Shown one piece after another: positions 34,852-42,397 of a stretch of DNA of 42,397 nucleotides. This DNA comes from Phycisphaerales bacterium (GTDB lineage: Bacteria > Planctomycetota > Phycisphaerae > SM23-33), in the NCBI GenBank assembly GCA_003171235.1, contig PMYM01000182.1:1-42397 (forward strand), given 5' to 3'. Numbering within the stretch: position 1 is the first letter of the stretch; each line of letters begins with the position of its first letter. The notes under the pieces were generated by a model, which was given only the letters and a program-made list of their open reading frames with translations, searched no databases and was not told the DNA's origin. A program made the translations under genes and the position numbers.

Positions 34852-34981
34852 GATCAGACTCCATTCTGAACTGCCGACATATCCCAGATAAGTCAGCGAA
34901 GGGCGCGATTATACCTCGCTCTATCGCGTCAACAAACGAATTCAAGAATCTGTGGCACAAGAACCGTCGGCACGCCCGGTC

Positions 34982-35009
34982 TTGACCCTCGTCACTCGGC
35001 CGATATAAT
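34982..35009 (+). promoter_or_regulatory. Candidate strong sigma-70-type promoter upstream of ileS
   Basis: TTGACC (34982-34987), a 16-nt spacer, then a perfect TATAAT (35004-35009). It lies about 230 nt upstream of the ileS ATG. Confidence 0.55.
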
Positions 35010-35176
35010 TCGCAGAGGTCAAATGGCACGCGGAGCCAGGGATACAGTGCGGACGATTCCACAAGGCGCAGCCGAACGCCGGAGCATGCGGGCCGGCGCC
35101 TTGCGGCATGTCCGCGCGGGCATTATTCCCGCGGCAGTTTCCCGCGTGCCTTAGGGCTTTTTTAGCGTTTATCGTT

Positions 35177-35219
35177 GCCCAGCCCTGAGGCCTTCGAGCC
35201 CTGGGCTTTTTTTGTTTTT
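35177..35219 (+). terminator. U-tract hairpin (candidate attenuator) in the ileS leader
   Basis: gcccag (35177-35182) pairs with ctgggc (35201-35206) and is followed by tttttttgttttt (35207-35219). It ends 28 nt before the ileS ATG. The stem is only 6 bp with a large loop, so its strength is uncertain. Confidence 0.55.
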
Positions 35220-35246
35220 GGCCGAGATCGCGGCCGGGAGTCCGTC

Positions 35247-38200
35247 ATGGCAGGCAGCTACAAGGACACGCTTAACCTCCCCCAGACCGGTTTCGACATG
35301 CGCGCCAACCTGCTGGCCAAGGAGCCGGCCATCCAGGCCCGCTGGAAGCAGCAGGACCTGTACGGCCGCATCCGCCAGGCCCGCGCCGGCGCCAGGCGAT
35401 TCATCCTGCACGACGGCCCGCCCTACGCCAACGGCGACATCCACATGGGCACGGCCCTGAACAAGATCCTCAAGGACATGGTCGTGCGCATCCAGAACAT
35501 GAGCGGCCTGGACTCGCCCTACGTTCCCGGCTGGGACTGCCACGGCCTGCCCATCGAATACAAGGTGCAGAGCGAGGTCGGCCCGGCCCTGGTGGACATG
35601 TCGCATGAGGAAATCCGCCGCCGCTGCACCGAGTACGCCCGCCACTGGGTGAAGGTCCAGAGCGACCAGTTCCAGCGCCTGGGGGTGATGGGCCAGTTCG
35701 ACAAGCCTTACATCACCATGAGCCCCGCCTACGAGGCGTCGGTGCTGGAGGTGCTGGCCATGCTGGTCGAGCAGGGCCTGGTGTACCGCCAGCTCAAACC
35801 CGTGCACTGGTCCATCGAAAACCGCACCGCCCTGGCCGAGGCCGAACTGGAGTACGCCGACCGCACGGACGAGAGCATCTACGTGCTTTTGGCGGTCGAA
35901 GAGCCCCAGGCCCTGCGCCGCCTGCTGGGCCTGCCGGGCGACCAGCCGGTCAGCCTGATGATCTGGACGACCACGCCCTGGACGCTGCCGGCCAACATGG
36001 CCGTGGCCGTGCATCCCGATTTCGAGTACGCGGCGGTGGAATTCGACTTTGGCCGCAAGAAAGTGACGGCCCTCATCGCCGCCGAACTGGCCGCCAAGGT
36101 GCTCAAGCAGGGCGGGGTGGAAGACTACCGCACGCTGGGCACGGTCCGCGGAGGGGCCCTGGCCGCGGCCGGAGTGCATTACCGCCATCCGCTGGGCCCC
36201 CGCCGCTGCCCGGTGCTGCCGGCCAACTTCGTCACCCTCGAGGACGGCACCGGGCTGGTGCATTCCGCCCCCGGCCACGGGATGGAAGACTACGGCATGG
36301 GCCTCAAGGCCGGGCTGGAGGTGTATTGCCCGGTGCTGGAGGACGGCACATTCGACAAGACCGCCCCCGACTGGCTGGTGGGCCAGACCGTCTGGCAGGC
36401 CAACCCCTTGATCGTCGAGCACCTCCGCCACGCGGGCGAGCTTTTCTGCCGGCAGAGCGTCGTCCATTCCTATCCCCACGACTGGCGGAGCAAGACCCCC
36501 ACCATCTTCCGCGCCACCGAGCAGTGGTTCGTGGCGGTGGATCGGCCGATGAAGCGCGGCACCACCCTGCGCCAGATGGCACTGGAGGCCACGCAGGAGA
36601 CCGCCGCCAACGGCGGCATCGACTTTTTCCCAGCCTGGGGCCGCAACCGCCTGGAGGGCATGCTCGAGAGCCGGCCCGACTGGTGCATCTCGCGCCAGCG
36701 GAGCTGGGGCCTGCCCATCCCGGCCTTTTTCGACGCCAACGGCAACACGCTGATGACCCCCGCCTCCGTCCGGGCGGTGGCGGAGCATTTCGCCCGCTTC
36801 GGCTCGGATAGCTGGTTTGTCCACTCGCCGGCCCAACTGCTGGAAAGCTACGACCTCGCCTCCGACCGCGACCTGCCCAAGGGGATCAATTGCCACCCCG
36901 ATCAGCTCAAGTGCGGGCGCGACATCCTGGACGTGTGGTTTGAGTCGGGTTCGAGTTGGTACGCCGTGGCCGTCCAGGGCGGCCTGGTCAAGCAGCCGCC
37001 GGTGGACCTCTACCTCGAGGGCTCCGACCAGCACCGCGGATGGTTCCAGCTTTCGCTGCTGCCGGCGCTGGGGGCGGTGGGCAAGCCGCCCTTCGCCACG
37101 CTGCTGACCCACGGCTTTGTGGTCACCGAGCAGGGCACCAAGATGTCCAAGAGCCTGGGCAACGCCATCGACGCCGTCGAGCAGCTCACCAGGCGCGGGG
37201 CCGACGTGCTCCGGCTGTGGGTGGCCAGCCAGAATTACCAGGACGACGTCCGCTGCAGCGAGAGCCTCATCGCCCAGGCCGAGGACGCCTACCGCAAGAT
37301 CCGCAACACCCTGCGCTACTGCATGGGTTCGTGCTTCGACTTTGACCCCTCCAAAGACGCCTGCGAGCCGCCCGAGCACTCCCTGGACCGCTGGATGCGG
37401 ATGGAACTGCACCACCTCATTCGCGACGTCCGCCAGGCCATCGACCAGTACGAGTTCCACCGGGCCACCCGCATGATCTACGAATTCTGCACCATCCAGG
37501 CCTCCAGCATTTACATGGCCGCGGCCAAGGACCGGCTGTATTGCGAACTGCCCGATTCGCCCCGCCGCCGAGCCACCCAGACGGTGCTGCACGAGGTGCT
37601 GATGGCGCTGGTCAAGCTGCTGGCCCCCATCCTGCCCCACACGTGCGATGAGGCCTGGGAGCACATCCCCAGCCGCCCCGCCGCCGAGCCCGACAACGTC
37701 CACCTGGCCATGCTGCCCGACTTTGACAAGCTGGCCCTGGACGCCGCCGACGCCGTCGTCGGGCAATGGGCCAAGGACATGATTTTCGACAGCGACCAGG
37801 AGGTCCAGCTCACCCCCGGAATGATCTGGGGCCGGCTGATGGACCTCCGCCAGGAGGGGCTGTTGAAGCTGGAGGCCCTGCGCAACGGCGGGGTGAAGAA
37901 CCCGCTCGACGCCGAGGCGGTTTTCACCGTCGCCCAGGACGACCGGGCCAGCCAGGCCTTCCTCCAGATGTACCTGGCGGAACTGGAAGACCTGCTGGGC
38001 GTGGGTTACGCCTCCATCCAGCGCGTGCCCGCCCTGACCCAACTCGCCCAGGCCCAACACGACCAGGACCAATCCGATCAGGACCAATCCGACCAGGATG
38101 GCCTGCGCCATACGGTCAGAACCCGCATCCTGGTCGAGGTCCGCGACAGCCGGGAGAAGTACCGCCGCTGCGAACGGTCCTGGAAGCGCCGGCCTGACGT

Positions 38201-38282
38201 GGGCAGCGACCCCGAATACCCAGACCTGTCCGCCCGCGACGCCTCCGTCATGCGCCAGTTGAAGTCCCGCGGAAGCGTCTAG
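35247..38282 (+). CDS. ileS: Isoleucine--tRNA ligase (type 1-like)
   Basis: ATG at 35247 gives MAGSYKDTLNLPQTGFDMRANLLAKEPAIQARW...ILHDGPPYANGDIHMGTALNKILKD...PYVPGWDCHGLPIE...WCISRQRSWG.PIP...GTKMSKSLGN. It aligns closely by eye with E. coli IleRS. Confidence 0.95.
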   Translation: MAGSYKDTLNLPQTGFDMRANLLAKEPAIQARWKQQDLYGRIRQARAGARRFILHDGPPYANGDIHMGTALNKILKDMVVRIQNMSGLDSPYVPGWDCHGLPIEYKVQSEVGPALVDMSHEEIRRRCTEYARHWVKVQSDQFQRLGVMGQFDKPYITMSPAYEASVLEVLAMLVEQGLVYRQLKPVHWSIENRTALAEAELEYADRTDESIYVLLAVEEPQALRRLLGLPGDQPVSLMIWTTTPWTLPANMAVAVHPDFEYAAVEFDFGRKKVTALIAAELAAKVLKQGGVEDYRTLGTVRGGALAAAGVHYRHPLGPRRCPVLPANFVTLEDGTGLVHSAPGHGMEDYGMGLKAGLEVYCPVLEDGTFDKTAPDWLVGQTVWQANPLIVEHLRHAGELFCRQSVVHSYPHDWRSKTPTIFRATEQWFVAVDRPMKRGTTLRQMALEATQETAANGGIDFFPAWGRNRLEGMLESRPDWCISRQRSWGLPIPAFFDANGNTLMTPASVRAVAEHFARFGSDSWFVHSPAQLLESYDLASDRDLPKGINCHPDQLKCGRDILDVWFESGSSWYAVAVQGGLVKQPPVDLYLEGSDQHRGWFQLSLLPALGAVGKPPFATLLTHGFVVTEQGTKMSKSLGNAIDAVEQLTRRGADVLRLWVASQNYQDDVRCSESLIAQAEDAYRKIRNTLRYCMGSCFDFDPSKDACEPPEHSLDRWMRMELHHLIRDVRQAIDQYEFHRATRMIYEFCTIQASSIYMAAAKDRLYCELPDSPRRRATQTVLHEVLMALVKLLAPILPHTCDEAWEHIPSRPAAEPDNVHLAMLPDFDKLALDAADAVVGQWAKDMIFDSDQEVQLTPGMIWGRLMDLRQEGLLKLEALRNGGVKNPLDAEAVFTVAQDDRASQAFLQMYLAELEDLLGVGYASIQRVPALTQLAQAQHDQDQSDQDQSDQDGLRHTVRTRILVEVRDSREKYRRCERSWKRRPDVGSDPEYPDLSARDASVMRQLKSRGSV

Positions 38283-38899
38283 TAGATTCCCGCTCGAGCC
38301 TTCCGAATCGCACGGGCGACGGCTACTGCGCGGCGTTTGGCGATGGCGCGGTCGTCGGCCTCGGTGCGGGCTGCGGGAAAGGAACGGCCTTAAGCACGAA
38401 CGAGTTGCCGTCTTGCCCCTCGCGCTGGATGTAGAATATCTCTTTCCTGAGAATCGTCGCGATCACGACACGGTTGGTCAGAGCTCGGCAAACGCCGTCG
38501 CGATTCCAGTACGCCCGGTTGTCGGTGAGCCAGGTAGGGCGAGCGACTGTTGGGTCGTTCGCGCAATCCGGCAGCGACCCCTCCTGAGAATCACAGCATC
38601 GGCAGGCCGAACTAATCCTCTTGGCCGATCACGGCAGGGCCTCTGATTTCCGGTGGGCCCGTTTCCGGGGGCGAAGCGAGCACCGGCGCAGCCGGGCGCA
38701 GCCCAACCCCCGGTAGGCAGTCGCCAAGAGCGCCAGAGGCAGTGCCGTGATTGACTTGGCGAGAGGTTCTCTCCTGCCGATGGCGCAATTCGTCCTGTCA
38801 GATCGAAAATGAACGAGGATTCTCTATTGAGAAATGCTTGCCCGGTGTGGAAAATGTCCACCCAAAGGTTAGTCTAAGGCAAACAGAAAGGGGCAAGTC

Positions 38900-39811
38900 A
38901 TGAAAAACGCCGGTTACACCCTGGTTGACGCGGTGGCGTCGGTCCTGCTGGTGCTGTTTACGGGCCTGCTGGTTTGGGCGGCGGAGGTGTCTACCACCTC
39001 CAGTTCCTCGCCGGCCAGTCAGGCGAGAGACTCTGTTAAGACCCGCGCCCTTTGCGCGGCCAATCTGAACGCCATTGCCAAGGCTATTGTGCTCTATGCC
39101 AACGACTCTAATGACGCCCCTCCCATTCTGCCCGACATCGATGCCACGGCTAGCAATTACTATCGCCAGGATCTGAGAATGGGCAAGGATTGCACTGCCG
39201 CAAGCCTGGGCACCGGGGCTCAGCAGAACCTGTGCCTGCTGGTGAAGAAGAAGATGGTTGCATGGGATTCGTTCATTTGCCCGGCCAGCGGGACGGTGCT
39301 GCCCGACAGAAAAGGCCTGTTCGGCATGGGAGATGGCAAGACGAGCTATTGCGACTACGCCATTCAGATCCCCTATGCCAAGACGGCCGATGGCGACAAT
39401 GTCGCGCCGTTGAGCATGAATATGAACCCTGCCATGCCCATCCTGGCCGATCAAGGCAATGCGGTTGACCCCGACAACAAGACCCTCTGGAGCCCGAATC
39501 ATTCCTGCCAGGGGGAAAACGTGTTGATGGCCTCCTGGGGCGTAAAGGGGTGCTTTGTAGCCAAGCCGACCAGTTCGCCCGTCGCAACCGTCCCCCCACT
39601 TGGCCAAGGGCCAAACGAAGTGGGCTGGGATAACAACAATATCTACCTGGCCGACGAGTGGAAGGCGGGGGTCGCCCGGCCAGGGCCCGGCGGAGCGGCG
39701 GGGCCCGCTGCAAAGCCCTCTCCAAAACTGGTCGCCATCGGCGAAACGTCCGTCACCCCCACCGACAAGAACGCCATCTACGACTCGGTGCTTTACAGTT
39801 GGCGGCCGTGA
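38900..39811 (+). CDS. DUF1559-like protein with a degenerate prepilin-type N-terminal segment
   Basis: MKNAGYTLVDAVASVLLVLFTGLLV compares with the usual GFTLVELLVVIAIIGIL. RALCAANLNAIAKAIVLYANDSND compares with C.NNLKQIGLA.HNY. Near the C-terminus, NHSCQGENVLMASWGVKG stands in place of the H-x9-DG block. Confidence 0.75.
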   Translation: MKNAGYTLVDAVASVLLVLFTGLLVWAAEVSTTSSSSPASQARDSVKTRALCAANLNAIAKAIVLYANDSNDAPPILPDIDATASNYYRQDLRMGKDCTAASLGTGAQQNLCLLVKKKMVAWDSFICPASGTVLPDRKGLFGMGDGKTSYCDYAIQIPYAKTADGDNVAPLSMNMNPAMPILADQGNAVDPDNKTLWSPNHSCQGENVLMASWGVKGCFVAKPTSSPVATVPPLGQGPNEVGWDNNNIYLADEWKAGVARPGPGGAAGPAAKPSPKLVAIGETSVTPTDKNAIYDSVLYSWRP

Positions 39812-39821
39812 TGTCCCTTTC

Positions 39822-39958
39822 GGGTGGCATGGCAGCCGCGTCTTGTGCGGCGGCCATGAAGAACCCTGGCAACCCTGGTGCATGCCCAAGAAGTAAGAGC
39901 TTCTCCATGCCAACGGGCTAAACATGGTCACGCGAAAAGCAGCGTGACCATGCCACCC
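39822..39958. repeat. Family 2 long form, inverted relative to 33818-33957
   Basis: GGGTGGCATGGcagCCGCGtcttgtGCGGCGGCCATGaag ... gtgcatgcccaagaag ... ggctaaaCATGGTCACGCgaaaagcaGCGTGACCATGCCACCC has 11-bp perfect termini, GGGTGGCATGG and CCATGCCACCC. Confidence 0.8.
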
Positions 39959-40008
39959 GCCGCAACGCGGCTCACGCGACATTTTGTTAGGGACTCTTAG
40001 TCACATTC

Positions 40009-42387
40009 TCAGGCCGAGAGTTTGGCGGGGGGTTCGGCGGGCTGGGCGGCCAGGGTCTGGTCGTTGATCTTTTCTTCCTGTACCACCTGGAAGAAGGCCT
40101 CGACCACGGCCGGATCGAATTGCGTGCCGCTGTTGCCGCGTATTTCCTCCAGGGCGGCGGCGACGCCCATGCCGTCGCGGTAGACGCGGCTGGAGACCAT
40201 GGCGTCGAAGGCGTCGGCCACGGCCAGGATCCGCGCCGCCAGGGGTATGCTCGAGCCGGCCAGGCCCTCGGGGTAGCCCCCGCCGTCGAAGCGTTCGTGA
40301 TGGTAGCGGACGGCGGGAATCTCCTGGTCGAGAAACTCCATGCCTTCGAGGATGCGCACGCTCATGATGGGATGGCGGCGGACCAACTCCCACTCCTGCT
40401 TGGTCAGGCTGCTGGCTTTCCGCAGCACGTTGTCGGGCAGGCCGATCTTGCCGATGTCGTGCAGCATGGCCGCCCGCCCCACGTGCTCCACGGTGTGTTG
40501 GGGCAGGGACATCTTGCGGGCGATCATCATGGCGTAGCGCCGGACCTTGGCCGAATGGTTGGCGGTGTGCTCGTCGCGGGCTTCCAGGGCCGAGATCAGC
40601 CCGCCGAGGGCGTCCACGAAAAGGCGTTTGAACTTGGCGTCCAGGCCGGCCAGTTGCTTGCACAGGTTGTCCACGCGATTGTGGTCTTGCAAGGTTTCCA
40701 GGCCGTTGGGGTCGGGCATCTGGTCGGAGCGGACGCAGCGGTTGCGCCCGCCGCGCTTGGCGGCATACAGGGCCTTGTCGGCCTGATCGACGAGGGTCTC
40801 GGGGCTGTCGACGGCGGGATCGTTGACGTCGGCGATGCCGACCGAGGCGGTGAGGGTCATTTGCAGTTCCCCCCGCCCGACGGAGCGCCCGGCCAGTTCC
40901 TGGCAGATGCGTTGGGCCACGGCCAGCACATCGGCGGAGGAGGACTCGGGCATGAGCACGGCGAATTCGTCCCCGCCCAGCCGGGCCACGGTGTCGGTGG
41001 CGCGGACGCTGTCGGTGATGATCTGGGCGAAGGTCTTGATTATCTGGTCGCCCGCCTGGTGCCCCAGGGCGTCGTTGGTGGCCTTGAGGAAATCCAGGTC
41101 CAGCATCATCAGCGCCATGACTCGGTTGTACCGGCGGCAGCGCCGAAACTCCGACTGCAGCACCTGCTGGAAGCTGCGCCGGTTGCGCAGAGCGGTCAGC
41201 GAATCGGTCTGGCTGAGCTTTTCGACCTTGGCCAGAACCTCCTCGAACTGCCGGCCCAGCGCCAGCGCCTCGCCGCGGAGATCGACCGACAGGCTGGGCA
41301 CTTCCTGGCCTTTGCGCAGCCGCTGCACGCGGTTGAGCAGCCGGGCGGTCGGGCCCGAAACCAGGGTGTGGATGACCAGCACCATGATCAGGGCGAAGGC
41401 CGTGGCCCAGAGCATGGTGCCCAGCATGGCCTGCTCGACCGTCTGGACCTGGCGATAGGTGGACTCGGTTTCGCCCTCGACGGTCAGGTAGCCCAGCGGC
41501 CTGCCGGCGGAATCGCGGTAGACCTGGGCGGCGTTCAATTCCCATTTGCCCCCGCGCCAGACGATCTGGCCCATCTCGGCCCCGGGGGCGGCGTTGGCGG
41601 GCAGTTGCTCCCGCAAACTGACGTTGGCCCCCACCATGGCCGACAACTCGCCATAGAGCAGGCTGTCCTGCGGCCGCAGGAGAACGATGTACCCCAGCAG
41701 CGTCTTGGTTTGGCGATCGCGGGCGGCGCTGCGGGCGAACAATATCGGGCCGGCGGGGGTGCTGTTTATTCCGCTGGTCTCGCTGGCGTAGGAGGAAAGC
41801 TGGAAGAACCCCTGGCCTGACAGGTCGCTGCCGGGCGACCAGGCCGGATCCTGCACCAGTTCGTTGTTGGGGCCGCATTTCCAGGCCGACAACAACTGCT
41901 GGCGGGCGTCGCACACCAGCACCTGGGCTATGCGGCTGCGCGCCAGGGATTCAGCCGGCAGGTTGGCCACTAACTGCGGCTCCTGGCGGGTGCGGAGAAA
42001 CTCTTGCAGCCCGCCCGTTGAAGCCCAGTTGCTGGCCAGGCGCAGCATGTAGGTGCATCGGATGCGCAGGTGATCGTTGGTCAGGCGGAGCCATTCCCGG
42101 GCGGTGTCGGTCTCTATCTTCTGCGCCTGGCGGTTGAGGTTGGGCCGCACGTACGACACGTACAACAGCATCAGCCCGCCCATCCAGGCCAAGGCGATAG
42201 CCGTCAGGATATAGGCGGACCTGACGTAGCGACCGCCCTTGGTGGGTGGCCCCCCGGGGCTGGATGTCACCGTTTCTTGAGCCGTCACGTTATTCCTGCC
42301 GCCCGCGCTGGGGGCAGACTGTATTTCGGCCCGTCGCGGGGTCGCCTTTAACTGCTTCTTGGCCCCTAAATCACCCTGTCGTGCCAC
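40009..42387 (-). CDS. Membrane sensor protein with GGDEF diguanylate cyclase and HD-GYP phosphodiesterase domains
   Basis: Two TM helices bracket a roughly 270-aa extracytoplasmic domain. The cyclase part reads DSLTALRNRRSF...DLDFLKATNDALGHQAGD...RATDTVARLGGDEFAVL (GGDEF with an RxxD I-site). The phosphodiesterase part reads HSAKVRRYA...LHDIGKIGLPD...HHERFDGGGYPEGL (HD-GYP). The GTG start at 42387 lies 10 nt from the window edge, so the N-terminus is uncertain. Confidence 0.85.
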   Translation of the reverse strand: MARQGDLGAKKQLKATPRRAEIQSAPSAGGRNNVTAQETVTSSPGGPPTKGGRYVRSAYILTAIALAWMGGLMLLYVSYVRPNLNRQAQKIETDTAREWLRLTNDHLRIRCTYMLRLASNWASTGGLQEFLRTRQEPQLVANLPAESLARSRIAQVLVCDARQQLLSAWKCGPNNELVQDPAWSPGSDLSGQGFFQLSSYASETSGINSTPAGPILFARSAARDRQTKTLLGYIVLLRPQDSLLYGELSAMVGANVSLREQLPANAAPGAEMGQIVWRGGKWELNAAQVYRDSAGRPLGYLTVEGETESTYRQVQTVEQAMLGTMLWATAFALIMVLVIHTLVSGPTARLLNRVQRLRKGQEVPSLSVDLRGEALALGRQFEEVLAKVEKLSQTDSLTALRNRRSFQQVLQSEFRRCRRYNRVMALMMLDLDFLKATNDALGHQAGDQIIKTFAQIITDSVRATDTVARLGGDEFAVLMPESSSADVLAVAQRICQELAGRSVGRGELQMTLTASVGIADVNDPAVDSPETLVDQADKALYAAKRGGRNRCVRSDQMPDPNGLETLQDHNRVDNLCKQLAGLDAKFKRLFVDALGGLISALEARDEHTANHSAKVRRYAMMIARKMSLPQHTVEHVGRAAMLHDIGKIGLPDNVLRKASSLTKQEWELVRRHPIMSVRILEGMEFLDQEIPAVRYHHERFDGGGYPEGLAGSSIPLAARILAVADAFDAMVSSRVYRDGMGVAAALEEIRGNSGTQFDPAVVEAFFQVVQEEKINDQTLAAQPAEPPAKLSA

Positions 42388-42397
42388 AGCGATTACG

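Noticed and set aside
35010-35246. T-box riboswitch in the ileS leader.
   Set aside because: The only T-box-like string (AAATGGCACGCGG at 35021-35033) matches about half of the AANNNGGGTGGTACCGCG consensus. It also lies at the 5' end of the leader rather than in the antiterminator next to the terminator. No specifier-loop architecture is evident.
38324-38800. Selenocysteine recoding of the in-frame TGA (complement of 38629-38631).
   Set aside because: The residue context is not redox-type. I noticed no obvious SECIS-like hairpin immediately downstream. The frame also lacks a start codon, so a pseudogene is more parsimonious.
33818-39958. A composite transposon carrying ileS, bounded by the inverted roughly 140-bp repeats.
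   Set aside because: The repeats have no coding capacity. No transposase lies inside or nearby. The cargo is an essential housekeeping gene. Dispersed REP/MITE-like copies explain the arrangement more simply.

Overview
This is a high-G+C bacterial chromosomal window. Hand counts of single 60-nt lines gave about 73% G+C in clpP2 and 42-43% in one island. The gene content suggests Planctomycetota or a close PVC relative (inference): a DUF1559/prepilin-like protein, a PEP-CTERM protein, an O-antigen-ligase/TPR fusion and an ECF sigma operon. I call 31 protein-coding genes. Most are housekeeping: trpF, ahcY, rubrerythrin, tig-clpP-clpP, aat, ispF, cysS, ruvC, a nagA-like gene and ileS. The rest are envelope and signalling genes: an ECF sigma / anti-sigma-DUF4139 operon, a WecA/MraY-like transferase, an O-antigen-ligase-like protein, a GAF-PP2C phosphatase, a GGDEF+HD-GYP protein, a MATE pump and a PPDK-like phosphotransferase. 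I saw no rRNA, tRNA, CRISPR array, transposase, integrase or phage genes. Five things are worth a second look. (1) A five-gene ECF operon has an anti-sigma factor fused to a DUF4139 domain and ends with a free DUF4139 paralog. (2) Almost every intergenic spacer holds one of at least four families of 35-140 bp hairpin elements bounded by terminal inverted repeats. (3) Four separate arrays consist of exactly 5 x 7 nt tandem repeats of unrelated sequence and sit at gene boundaries, often as inverted arms around terminator hairpins. (4) The ileS leader is about 230 nt long, carries a consensus-like promoter, a small uORF and a U-tract hairpin 28 nt before the start codon. (5) A dikinase-like enzyme without a TIM-barrel domain appears translationally coupled to an EMC3/DUF106-like membrane protein. 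All family assignments come from reading motifs by eye. No database search was run.
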